Shown: positions 9,201-17,151 of the stretch, piece after piece
How the letters are laid out: each line of letters opens with the position of its first letter
Position numbering within the stretch: position 1 is the stretch's first letter
DNA from: Deltaproteobacteria bacterium
Lineage (GTDB): Bacteria > Myxococcota > JACRCW01
Direction of reading: 5' to 3'
NCBI GenBank assembly: GCA_016218805.1
Contig: JACRCW010000123.1
Location: 1-36,325, forward strand
DNA length: 36,325 nt
Translations under genes and position numbers: made by a program
The notes under the pieces: generated by a model
Told to the model about the DNA's origin: nothing
The model's input: the letters and a program-made list of their open reading frames with translations, nothing else
Database searches by the model: none

Positions 9201-11269
9201 CGCTCTACGCCGGACACGAACTGGCGACCGCGCTGGCCACCACCGCCGCGCTGCTGGCGGTGCTGACGGGCGGGCAGATGAACCCGGTGGCCTGGGGGGC
9301 GCTGCTGGCCGTGCCGCTGGGCGCCTGGCTGCAGTCCCGCAAGCGCGGCCTGTCCACGCGTGCGGGCGGCGTGCTGGCGCTGGCCGCGGTGGCCTGGGGC
9401 ATGGTGTTCACGTTGGGGCAGGGGCTCAACGCCATCCTGCTGGGCGCCGGTTACGCGCTGTGCCTGCTCGTTGTTGTGCGGCTGCTCAACCGTGAGACCC
9501 CCGCGCACGATCTCCAGTTGTACGCGCTGTCCCTCCTGCTGGTGCTGGACGCGGCCGCGCTGAACATCAACTGGGTCTACGCGCCGTGTTTCCTGGCCTA
9601 CACGGTGGCCATTGTCTGGGCGCTCACCACGCGTGAGCTCAAGCGCGCCGCCATGGATGATCACCGCGCGCGCGCGGGCACGGGCGCGGGCGAGGCGCCG
9701 CTGTGGCGGGAGCCGGGGGTGCTGCGCGGGCGGTTCTTTGCCGCCACGGCGGTGATTGCGGTGGCGGTGCTGCTGGCCACGCTGTCGTTGTTCATTGTGT
9801 TTCCGCGCGTGGGGCTGGGGATGCTGCGGCTGGCCGGCGGGCGGACCAGCGGGTTTGCCACCAGCGTGCGGCTGGGCGGGCAGGGGCTCATTTCACCGGA
9901 CAACTCCGTGGTCATGCGGGTGACGGAGGTGGACGGTGACGAGCCGCTGCCGCTGACGCTGTACTTCCGCGGCTCCGCGTTTGACCGCTATGACGGCGTG
10001 GGCTGGGTGCGCTCCGAGGAGCTGGCCCGCGGGCTGGGGGCCGCGCACGCGCGCATGCCGCGCGCGTCAGGGCCCACGCGCCGTTACCGGGTGGCGCTGG
10101 AGCCGCTGTCGGTTCCCTACCTGTTCACCGCGGGCAACGTGGGGCGCGTGTCCGTGGTGCCCGGCCCGCGCCTGCTGGCGGCGCCCGCCGTGCCCTTCCG
10201 GGACGGGCTGGGGGACCTGGTGCTGGCCAGCAGCCCGGACGAACTGACGACGTACGAGGTGGAAGCTTCGCTGGACCTGTCCTTGGACCCCGCGCGCGTG
10301 GACGAGGCTGAGCCGTTCCCGCCCGTGGTCCGGGAGCGCTTCCTGGACACCAGCCTGCTGGGGGAGCGCGCCACCGCGCTGGCCCGCCGGTGGACCGCGG
10401 AGGCCACCACCCCGTGGGCGCGGGTGAACGCCATCCGGGAGCGGCTGTCAGACTACGCGTACACCGTGGAGGATGAGCCGCCGCCGCCGGGCGTGTCGCC
10501 GCTGGACCACTTCCTGTTCACCCGGCGCGCCGGCCACTGCGAGTACTACGCCACCGCACTGGCCATGCTGTCCCGCGCGGTGGGCGTGCCCGCGCGCATG
10601 GTGGGTGGCTACCAGGGAGGCGCGGGCCATCCGCAGGGCTACACGGTGCTGCGCCAGTCGGACGCGCACGCCTGGGCGGAGGTGTGGTTGCCCGGGCTGG
10701 GCTGGTGGCAGGTGGACGCCACGCCCCGCAACATTCTCAACCGTCCGCCCCTGTCCTGGACCGCGCGCCTGGCGGAGAGCCTGCAGCAGGCGTGGGAGGA
10801 GTACGTGGTGGACTTTGGGCTCACCAACCAGGTGACGGCGGCGCAGGGCGTGGCGGCGGCGCTGTCCCGGCTGCGCACCTGGCGCCCGCCGGCCCCGGGC
10901 GAACTGCTGCGCCCCGGCCTGGTGGCGGCCCTGCTGCTGGGCGCCCTGGCGCTGAGCGTGTGGCTGTGGCGGCGCGGCGGCGCCCTGCGGGGTGCGCACC
11001 CCACGCGGCGCCTGCGGTCCGCGCTGCATGACGCGGTGGTGCGCGTGACGGGACACGCGCCGCCCACCGCCACGGTGCGGGAATGGGTGTCCAGCGCCGC
11101 CGTGGCCGTGGCGGACGAAGACCGCGTGCTGCTGGAGCGCGCGCGGGACGTGTTTGAAGCGGCGCGGTACGGGAGCCGCGCCCTGCCGCCGGAGATGGAG
11201 GCCGTGCTGTGCCGGAAACTGGGGCAGGTCAGGCTGCCCCCGGGGCCGGAGGTGGCATCCACGGAATGA
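9197..11269 (+). CDS. TgpA-like DUF3488 / transglutaminase-domain membrane protein
   Basis: N-terminal TM helices, LFIVFPR, LYFRG; catalytic GHCEYYA, AHAWAEV, DATP; GTGA overlap with the DUF58 gene. Confidence 0.92.
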   Translation: MTLYAGHELATALATTAALLAVLTGGQMNPVAWGALLAVPLGAWLQSRKRGLSTRAGGVLALAAVAWGMVFTLGQGLNAILLGAGYALCLLVVVRLLNRETPAHDLQLYALSLLLVLDAAALNINWVYAPCFLAYTVAIVWALTTRELKRAAMDDHRARAGTGAGEAPLWREPGVLRGRFFAATAVIAVAVLLATLSLFIVFPRVGLGMLRLAGGRTSGFATSVRLGGQGLISPDNSVVMRVTEVDGDEPLPLTLYFRGSAFDRYDGVGWVRSEELARGLGAAHARMPRASGPTRRYRVALEPLSVPYLFTAGNVGRVSVVPGPRLLAAPAVPFRDGLGDLVLASSPDELTTYEVEASLDLSLDPARVDEAEPFPPVVRERFLDTSLLGERATALARRWTAEATTPWARVNAIRERLSDYAYTVEDEPPPPGVSPLDHFLFTRRAGHCEYYATALAMLSRAVGVPARMVGGYQGGAGHPQGYTVLRQSDAHAWAEVWLPGLGWWQVDATPRNILNRPPLSWTARLAESLQQAWEEYVVDFGLTNQVTAAQGVAAALSRLRTWRPPAPGELLRPGLVAALLLGALALSVWLWRRGGALRGAHPTRRLRSALHDAVVRVTGHAPPTATVREWVSSAAVAVADEDRVLLERARDVFEAARYGSRALPPEMEAVLCRKLGQVRLPPGPEVASTE

Positions 11270-11277
11270 AGCGACAC

Positions 11278-13272
11278 TCACGGACCGCACATGCCCGTGG
11301 ACGTGTTGCACGTGGGCCGCTGCGCCGGGCAGGCGTTCCCTGGACTGCGGCAATCCGGGACACAGCGGCCCGCGCACGGCGCCGGCGCGGTGCAGCACAC
11401 GCTGGCGGGGGGACACGCCTCGCCGGCGGCGCATGAGGGTGGACCTCCGTCGGACGGCGGTGGCAGGCCCCCGTCCGGAGGCGGCGGCAGGCCCCCGTCA
11501 GCCGGCCCGCACACGCCGCTGGACGGGTTGCACACGGGCCGCTGCGGAGGGCAGCTGAAGATGGGCTCGCGGCAGTCCGGACTGCACGCGCTGCGGCCGG
11601 GTTCGCACACCGTCCCGGGCGAGCACGGCGTGGAACTGCTGCCGCACGGCGGGTGGGTCAGCCAGGCTTCCAGGGCAAGGATGGCGTCGCACGCAGCAGG
11701 CTCACACAGAATCCAGGCATTCCCGTCCAGCGGCACGCTGCGCGGATCCACGCTGGCCGTCAGGCCAGAGCCCAGGCGCACCGCGCGGACCGGCGAAGTT
11801 CCTAGCGCGCCGGACACATCCGTGCTGCCCGTACCGCCGGCCATGACCAGCACCAGCGGGTAACGCGCAGACGAATCAAGCGGAAAGGCGGCCAGGTGGT
11901 GGACGCCGTCGGCAATTTTTGCGACGTAATGCGCGTAGCGCAGGTAGTGGTTGGCGGTCGCGTCGTAGGGGTAGGCGGTGTAGTCCGCCGTCGCCAGCGA
12001 ATAGTCAAACGATGAGACGCCGGGGTGGTCAGCCTCCCACGCCAGGAACGCGTCACGCGCCGCGGGATAGGAGGCAAATGCGGCCATTCCGCCCGGTGCC
12101 AGCTCCGCAGAAATCCATGGAATGAGCTCCAGCAGGGCCGTGCGCGTGTCCGAGGAGGGCGCGAGGTCATGCCCGTGGCAGCCCCACCCGTAGGTGTACA
12201 CCCGCGGCGTGGTGGCCAACTGCTGGTTGAGCACCGTCTGCAGGATTTCCACCTGTTTTCGCGGCGTGCGCGCGTCCTGCAGCACGCCAAAGTGCAGCTG
12301 GTTGGTGCCGGGGATGGCGCTCTGCGGCAGGGCAATGACCGGCACGGCGGGGTCTTCGCAGATGTTGCAGTTGCCCGGGCGGAACGGGTTGACCGGAACG
12401 TGTCCAAAGAAGGGAACCATCTCCTGCTCCGCGCCCCCTTCCTTGATGGTGTACGCCAGGCTCGCGAGGATCTCGTGCAGCCACCGCGCCTCGCTGTGCG
12501 TGTCCGGCAGGTGGCTGATGCCCGCGGTATTCACGGCGGCCACCTCCGCCGCGGTCAGCGCAAACGCCTCCGCCGCCACGGCGTCCACCACCGCCTTGGT
12601 GTCGTGCCAGTTCCGCTGGACGTCGTCGGCGGTGATCTGCGCCGCGCCGCCGCGCAGCGTGAGGAGGTTGGGCCAGTCATGCTGCGCCTGCCGGATCTCC
12701 TCATGGATGTGCGTTCCCAGGATGCCCCCGCTGGCACGGAAGCGCCGCAACACCGGGTAGCAGCGGATGGCATCCTCCTGGCAGAACTCCAGCCATTCCC
12801 CGGTGGAGAGCAGGGAGATGCGCACGCCGTAGGGCTCAAAGGTGTCCAGCAGCCACACGGCGTTGTTCAGCCAGGCTTGGTAGGTGCTGCGCCGCTGGTC
12901 CACGCTGGCGTTCTGGTCCAGCGGGTCCATGTGCAGGTCAAAGGTGATCAGCACGGGTTGGGGCGCGGCGGTGCCGGACGAACCGGCGGCGGAGGATGCG
13001 CCACCGCCTGACAGACCGCTTGACGACGACAAAACGCCGCTGGCGCCGCCCGATGACGGGGCGCCTGTGGCGGACGACAACGACCCGGTCTGGGACGCTG
13101 AGCTGCTGCCCGCTCCGCCCGAACTGCTGCCCGCTCCGCCGGTGCTGCTGCCCGCTCCGCCCGAACTGCTGCCCGCTCCGCCGGTGCTGCTGCTGGCAGG
13201 GCTGGTTCCGCGCCCGGTACAGGCGCAGAGGCTCAGGAAGGAAACCGCAATGGCGACGTGGCGGGCAATCAT
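11278..13272 (-). CDS. Lipoprotein with Gly/Ser linker, putative carbohydrate-esterase/hydrolase-like domain and Cys-rich C-terminus
   Basis: Lipobox LSLCAC; GGAGSS repeats; ITFDLHMD...GTHIH pattern reminiscent of NodB-like metal-binding barrels; CxxxxxC repeats. Enzymatic call is tentative. Confidence 0.7.
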   Translation of the reverse strand: MIARHVAIAVSFLSLCACTGRGTSPASSSTGGAGSSSGGAGSSTGGAGSSSGGAGSSSASQTGSLSSATGAPSSGGASGVLSSSSGLSGGGASSAAGSSGTAAPQPVLITFDLHMDPLDQNASVDQRRSTYQAWLNNAVWLLDTFEPYGVRISLLSTGEWLEFCQEDAIRCYPVLRRFRASGGILGTHIHEEIRQAQHDWPNLLTLRGGAAQITADDVQRNWHDTKAVVDAVAAEAFALTAAEVAAVNTAGISHLPDTHSEARWLHEILASLAYTIKEGGAEQEMVPFFGHVPVNPFRPGNCNICEDPAVPVIALPQSAIPGTNQLHFGVLQDARTPRKQVEILQTVLNQQLATTPRVYTYGWGCHGHDLAPSSDTRTALLELIPWISAELAPGGMAAFASYPAARDAFLAWEADHPGVSSFDYSLATADYTAYPYDATANHYLRYAHYVAKIADGVHHLAAFPLDSSARYPLVLVMAGGTGSTDVSGALGTSPVRAVRLGSGLTASVDPRSVPLDGNAWILCEPAACDAILALEAWLTHPPCGSSSTPCSPGTVCEPGRSACSPDCREPIFSCPPQRPVCNPSSGVCGPADGGLPPPPDGGLPPPSDGGPPSCAAGEACPPASVCCTAPAPCAGRCVPDCRSPGNACPAQRPTCNTSTGMCGP
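13103..13186 (-). repeat. Intragenic tandem repeat, 4 x 21 bp (two perfect 42-bp units), encoding GGAGSS(S/T)
   Basis: CTGCTGCCCGCTCCGCCCGAA and CTGCTGCCCGCTCCGCCGGTG alternate. Confidence 0.9.
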
Positions 13273-13448
13273 GAGTCCGGCCTCCCGGTTGGTGGTTTCG
13301 GGTGCTTCTCTGCAGATTGTCCGGAACCCGGCTGATCCGTCACCCGCGCGCGCCCATTACCATCGGCGCGTGGGGCGCGAGGACCATGGTCCCAGTTGGG
13401 CCCGCCGCCCTGAGGCCCGCGCCGCCCACGGTGACCCATACCGCCACG

Positions 13449-13627
13449 TCGTGGGGCGGGGGTTCGTCCCCCGCCCGGTTCACTAAAACGCGTCGCTGGC
13501 CGCCCTGGTGTTCGAGCGCACCGCCCCACCTCCGCAAAGAGGGGAGGTCCAGCGGGATCCGTTTCCGGCGAACGGTCCTGCAACTCAACCGGGCGGGGGA
13601 CGAGCCGGACGAGCCCCCGCCCTACGA
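13449..13627. repeat. Inverted pair of GT(A/G)G-footed REP-like palindromes (REPIN/BIME-like) with a ~106-bp spacer
   Basis: TCGTGGGGCGGGGGTTCGTCCCCCGCCCGGTT (13449-13480) and its inverted copy at 13587-13627 (reverse complement TCGTAGGGCGGGGGCTCGTCC[GGCTCGTCC]CCCGCCCGGTT). Confidence 0.75.
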
Positions 13628-13703
13628 GGCACGCGCGGTAAGCCGCCACCGCCCCCACAAGGCACGCGCGGCAATCCGTCACCGCCCCACAAGGCACGCG
13701 CGG
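13617..13703 (+). repeat. Tandem ~32-33-bp repeat, ~2.7 copies
   Basis: CCGCCC..AC(G/A)AGGCACGCGCGG begins at 13617, 13649 and 13682. Confidence 0.8.
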
Positions 13704-13838
13704 AAACGCGCGGGAACCCTCTGCGGCGCGGCTCCCGTCGCCTGGGCACCAACGGCGCAACAGCGCGCTCACAAGGTCAACATTTGTCCGGGGAGCGGTT
13801 CAGGAACGCCCGTTGTGACCGGCGCGGCCGACGCCACT

Positions 13839-13967
13839 TCACTTCTTGGTGGTGGCCTTGGCCGCCTGCGCGGTCTTGCGCGCGGCCTTCACCTTGTCGT
13901 TCTGCCGCTTGAGGCGGACCTTGCGGATGTTGCGGGAGCGAACCTTCTTGGTTTTGGAACGTGACAT
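13839..13967 (-). CDS. Small, highly basic 42-aa protein
   Basis: MSRSKTKKVRSRNIRKVRLKRQNDKVKAARKTAQAAKATTKK; AGGAG upstream; AAG-rich codons stand out from the GC-rich background. Confidence 0.7.
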   Translation of the reverse strand: MSRSKTKKVRSRNIRKVRLKRQNDKVKAARKTAQAAKATTKK

Positions 13968-14044
13968 GTTGCTCTGGACTCCTGGCGCGGCCCCGGGCCG
14001 GCGTTTCTTGAGGGACCGCTCTTTCCCCGACGGGAGCGCCCGCG

Positions 14045-16006
14045 TCAAGCCGGCCGCGTGCCAGCGCGCAACAGGACCACGCCCTGGCCCTCCAGCACGG
14101 CGGCGCGCGGGAGGGCCAGGTGGACCAGGCCGCCCACCGCCGGGGCGGCCACCCACGTCAGCGGCCCCTCAAAGGCCAGCAGGTGTTCCATGGACACGCG
14201 CAGTGGCACGCCCTTCTGACAGGCCACCGCGCGCACGCTGGAGGCGGACCGCACGGCGACGACGCCCTGGCCGCGGAAGCGCACCGCCGGCAGGCGCGGG
14301 CCTTCGTCATCCAGCGTGAGCGAAATGTCCTGCCGGCTGAGCCCGGAGGAGCACCCGAACAACGCCCCCTCCAGCACCGTGGCCTCCGAGTTCTCCACCT
14401 TGAGCACGGCCACCCGCAGTTCGCCCGGATCCAGGGACAGTTGCCCGTTGCCCCAGCACGCCAGCAGCGGATCCTCCTGGCCGCCCAGCATGGCCGGCGC
14501 GGATCCGTCGTCCGGGTGCCGCTGTGCCGCGGCGGAATCCACTTCACCCTCCATGGCGGCCACCGTGCGGGCGCGCACCAGCACTTCCCCGTCCACGCGC
14601 AGGCCCAGCAGGCCCGGCGCAATGGGCCCAAAGGGCCGCGCCGCCGCCGGGATGCTCTTGCGCGCCAGCCACTGGTCGCCCGTCATCGCGTCGCCGCTGA
14701 GGGCCAGGACCATGGAATCCTGCGGGACACCGCCGCTCCACGCGTCCGGCTGGTCCGCCGCCGGCGCCGCCGTTTCACTGGCCATGGCGGACAGCAGGCG
14801 GGGGAGGGCGGCGCTGGCCTGCGCCACGGGAGGCGCGGGCGGCTGGGGCGCGCGCTCCGCCGGGCGGGTCAGGGGCAGGTCCGCGAACGCCCCGGGTATC
14901 AGCGTGGGGCCCCCTGCGGCGTCCGCCACCACGGCCGGGGGCAGCGTCTCCACGACGAGGGCGGGCAGGGGCGGAGGCGTCTCAACGACCGGGGGCGGGA
15001 GCGTCTCGTCACGGGTGGCCGCCGCGCGGACGGCCAGGCCCAGCACCGCCAGGGCGGCGAGCGCGGTCTGCTGGGTGCACGGCTCCGGCTGCGCGTGCCG
15101 GCGGGCGGGCGGGGGACTGCTGGCGGGGTGTTCCACCGCCGCGCGGACCCACGGCGCGGGGGGGGGCGGCGGTGGCGGTGGCGGCGCGGGTTCGGGCGGG
15201 GCAACGGCGGGTGGGCGCTCCACTCCGGAGGCGGCCAGCGCCGCTTCCACCACGGCGGCGGAGAGGCCCACCGCGTCGGTGTGCTCCTCAGCGTGTCCGT
15301 CGTCCATGGCGGGCGGCGCATCCTCGGCGGGCGTGGGCTCGTCCACAACCGGGTAGTGCGCCGTGGTGGCGTCTGGCGCGGGTGCCTCCGCGGCCGGCGG
15401 TTGCGGCGGTTGGGGAGGCGGGCGCGCAACGGGCGTGGGCAGCGGCGGAACCGGCTCTATCTCCGAGGTGGGCGGCTCCGGCTGCGGCACCGAGGGCGGC
15501 TCCAACGGGAGGCCCTTCTGGCGCAGCTTGCTCTCCAACTCACCCGCCACCCGCGCGCTGCCGGCCCGGAGGAACGCCCAGCGCGCGCGTTGCAGGTCAC
15601 CCAGGCGCTCATAGACCAGACCCAAGTAGGACAGCGCCTTCTGGTGCGTGGGGTGCATCCGGTACAGCGTCTCCAACTCCACCCGCGCCTTGTCCATCCC
15701 GCCGCGCTTGAGGAACACCAGCGCCAGGTTCAGCCGCAGCGTCGGCTCGCGCGGGTACTCGTCAGAGAGCGTGCGGAACACGCGCTCCGCCGCATCCAGC
15801 AGGCCCATCTTGAAGTAGGTCTGGCCCAGCAGGTTGCGGGCCTTTTCGTTCTGCGGCCGCAGGCGCAGCGCCTGTTCCAGCTTGCCCCGGGCGCCGGGCG
15901 CGTCACCCAGCTGCAGCAGCCGCGCGCCGTCCAGGAGGAACTGCTGGAAGCCAAGGTCGCGTTCAGCGGCCGCGTCATCACGCCAGCGGGGGGCGGGTTG
16001 CTCCAT
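14045..16006 (-). CDS. TPR protein with Pro/Ala linker and C-terminal AIM24-like domain
   Basis: Three to four N-terminal TPRs (ARNLLGQTYFKMG, ALSYLGLVYERLG); C-terminal GxG-strand repeats (CWGNGQL, FRGQGVV, LEGQGVVLL) typical of AIM24/TIGR00266. Confidence 0.78.
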   Translation of the reverse strand: MEQPAPRWRDDAAAERDLGFQQFLLDGARLLQLGDAPGARGKLEQALRLRPQNEKARNLLGQTYFKMGLLDAAERVFRTLSDEYPREPTLRLNLALVFLKRGGMDKARVELETLYRMHPTHQKALSYLGLVYERLGDLQRARWAFLRAGSARVAGELESKLRQKGLPLEPPSVPQPEPPTSEIEPVPPLPTPVARPPPQPPQPPAAEAPAPDATTAHYPVVDEPTPAEDAPPAMDDGHAEEHTDAVGLSAAVVEAALAASGVERPPAVAPPEPAPPPPPPPPPAPWVRAAVEHPASSPPPARRHAQPEPCTQQTALAALAVLGLAVRAAATRDETLPPPVVETPPPLPALVVETLPPAVVADAAGGPTLIPGAFADLPLTRPAERAPQPPAPPVAQASAALPRLLSAMASETAAPAADQPDAWSGGVPQDSMVLALSGDAMTGDQWLARKSIPAAARPFGPIAPGLLGLRVDGEVLVRARTVAAMEGEVDSAAAQRHPDDGSAPAMLGGQEDPLLACWGNGQLSLDPGELRVAVLKVENSEATVLEGALFGCSSGLSRQDISLTLDDEGPRLPAVRFRGQGVVAVRSASSVRAVACQKGVPLRVSMEHLLAFEGPLTWVAAPAVGGLVHLALPRAAVLEGQGVVLLRAGTRPA

Positions 16007-16010
16007 GGGC

Positions 16011-16655
16011 TCAGCGCTCCGCGAGGAGCTCCTCCTTGCGATACCCCCGGTACAACCCCAGCACGCGGCGCACGTACACGCGCGTCTCCGGGATGTTGGG
16101 CACCCGCCGCACGCGCGCCACCAGGTTGGGCCCCGCGTTGTACGCCGCCACCGCCAGCTTCACGTCCCCGTCAAAGTGGTTGATGAGGTAGCGCAAGTAC
16201 CGCGCGCCCCCCATCACGTTCTGCGCGGGATCAAACACGTCCCGCACGTCCATCTCCGCCGCCGTGGCCGGCATCAGCTGCATCAGCCCGCATGCCCCCG
16301 CGTGGGACCGCGCGTCCGGGTTGAACCCGCTCTCCGCCGCCGTGATGGCCTTCACCAGCGCGGGCGGCAGCCGGTAACGGTGCGCGGCGCGGGTGATGAC
16401 GTCGTCATAGCGCGAGGTCCGGCCAGCCTTGATGGTGGCGGGAGCCCACATGCGCGGCGTGTTGGCAAACCGCACCTTGTCCGCCGCGCCGCCAAACCCC
16501 AGGTCGTCACCCGGGTGGTACTCGCGCGCGCCGGGGTGCTGCGGGGTGTTGGTGAAGTGAATGACGCCCTGGCGGTCCACGTAGGTGTAGATGGCCGCCC
16601 GCGCGGGCAGCGCGGCCAGCAGCAGGGGCAGCACCCAGGTGCACCGGGGGAACAT
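16011..16655 (-). CDS. SLT-domain lytic transglycosylase with DUF4124-like N-terminus
   Basis: Signal peptide ending PARA; IYTYVDRQGVIHFTN; AESGFNPDARSHAGACGLMQLMP; AAYNAG; ETRVYV. Confidence 0.92.
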   Translation of the reverse strand: MFPRCTWVLPLLLAALPARAAIYTYVDRQGVIHFTNTPQHPGAREYHPGDDLGFGGAADKVRFANTPRMWAPATIKAGRTSRYDDVITRAAHRYRLPPALVKAITAAESGFNPDARSHAGACGLMQLMPATAAEMDVRDVFDPAQNVMGGARYLRYLINHFDGDVKLAVAAYNAGPNLVARVRRVPNIPETRVYVRRVLGLYRGYRKEELLAER

Positions 16656-16701
16656 GACGCAGCAGCCTACCGGACAAGCCCGGTGTGACGGAAGAAAGCG
16701 G

Positions 16702-17151
16702 TCAGCGGGCGGAGAAGGGCCCGCGCACGTCCTCGCGGCGCACGGATGCGCTGCCCGTGATGCGGCGCGGCGTGCAGTCCGGATCGCGCTGGTCGTCGTA
16801 CAGCAGCGCCACCCCGTCCAGGCACGCGTGCACCTCGGCCACCTCGCGCCCGGCCACGCAGTCCCCGGGGGACAGCGGGCTGGTGGTGGCCTCCACAATG
16901 ACCACGTTGCGGTCAAAATCCACCTCCGGCACCGGCGGGGACACCGACGCGCGGTTGCAGTCCCGGCGCAGGAAGTCCACCAGCGCCGCGCGGTCCTCCA
17001 GCACCACGCGGTCCGCGCGGTCCGCGCCAAACGGGCTGTCCTCGTCACAACGGATGCCCAGGTCCCGCCAGTGCGAGGCGAGCAAGGGGCGGCATTCGCA
17101 CCCGCTGGCCAGCGCGAGAACCACCCCCGCGGCGATTGCCCCCCGCGTCAC
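16702..17151 (-). CDS. Small Cys-containing lipoprotein (PrcB C-terminal-like)
   Basis: Lipobox LASGC; PEVDFDRNVVIV motif; GTGA overlap with the upstream TPR gene. Confidence 0.65.
   Translation of the reverse strand: MTRGAIAAGVVLALASGCECRPLLASHWRDLGIRCDEDSPFGADRADRVVLEDRAALVDFLRRDCNRASVSPPVPEVDFDRNVVIVEATTSPLSPGDCVAGREVAEVHACLDGVALLYDDQRDPDCTPRRITGSASVRREDVRGPFSAR

Noticed and set aside
6861..11269. MoxR-DUF58-transglutaminase operon as novel
   Set aside because: A well-known, widespread gene arrangement.
13617..13703. ~32-bp periodic repeats as a mini-CRISPR
   Set aside because: The intervening parts are only ~10 bp and resemble each other; no unique spacers and no cas genes.
14120..16183. 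687-aa plus-strand ORF
   Set aside because: Antisense shadow of the TPR/AIM24 and SLT genes; Arg/Gly/His-rich composition typical of non-coding frames in high-GC DNA.
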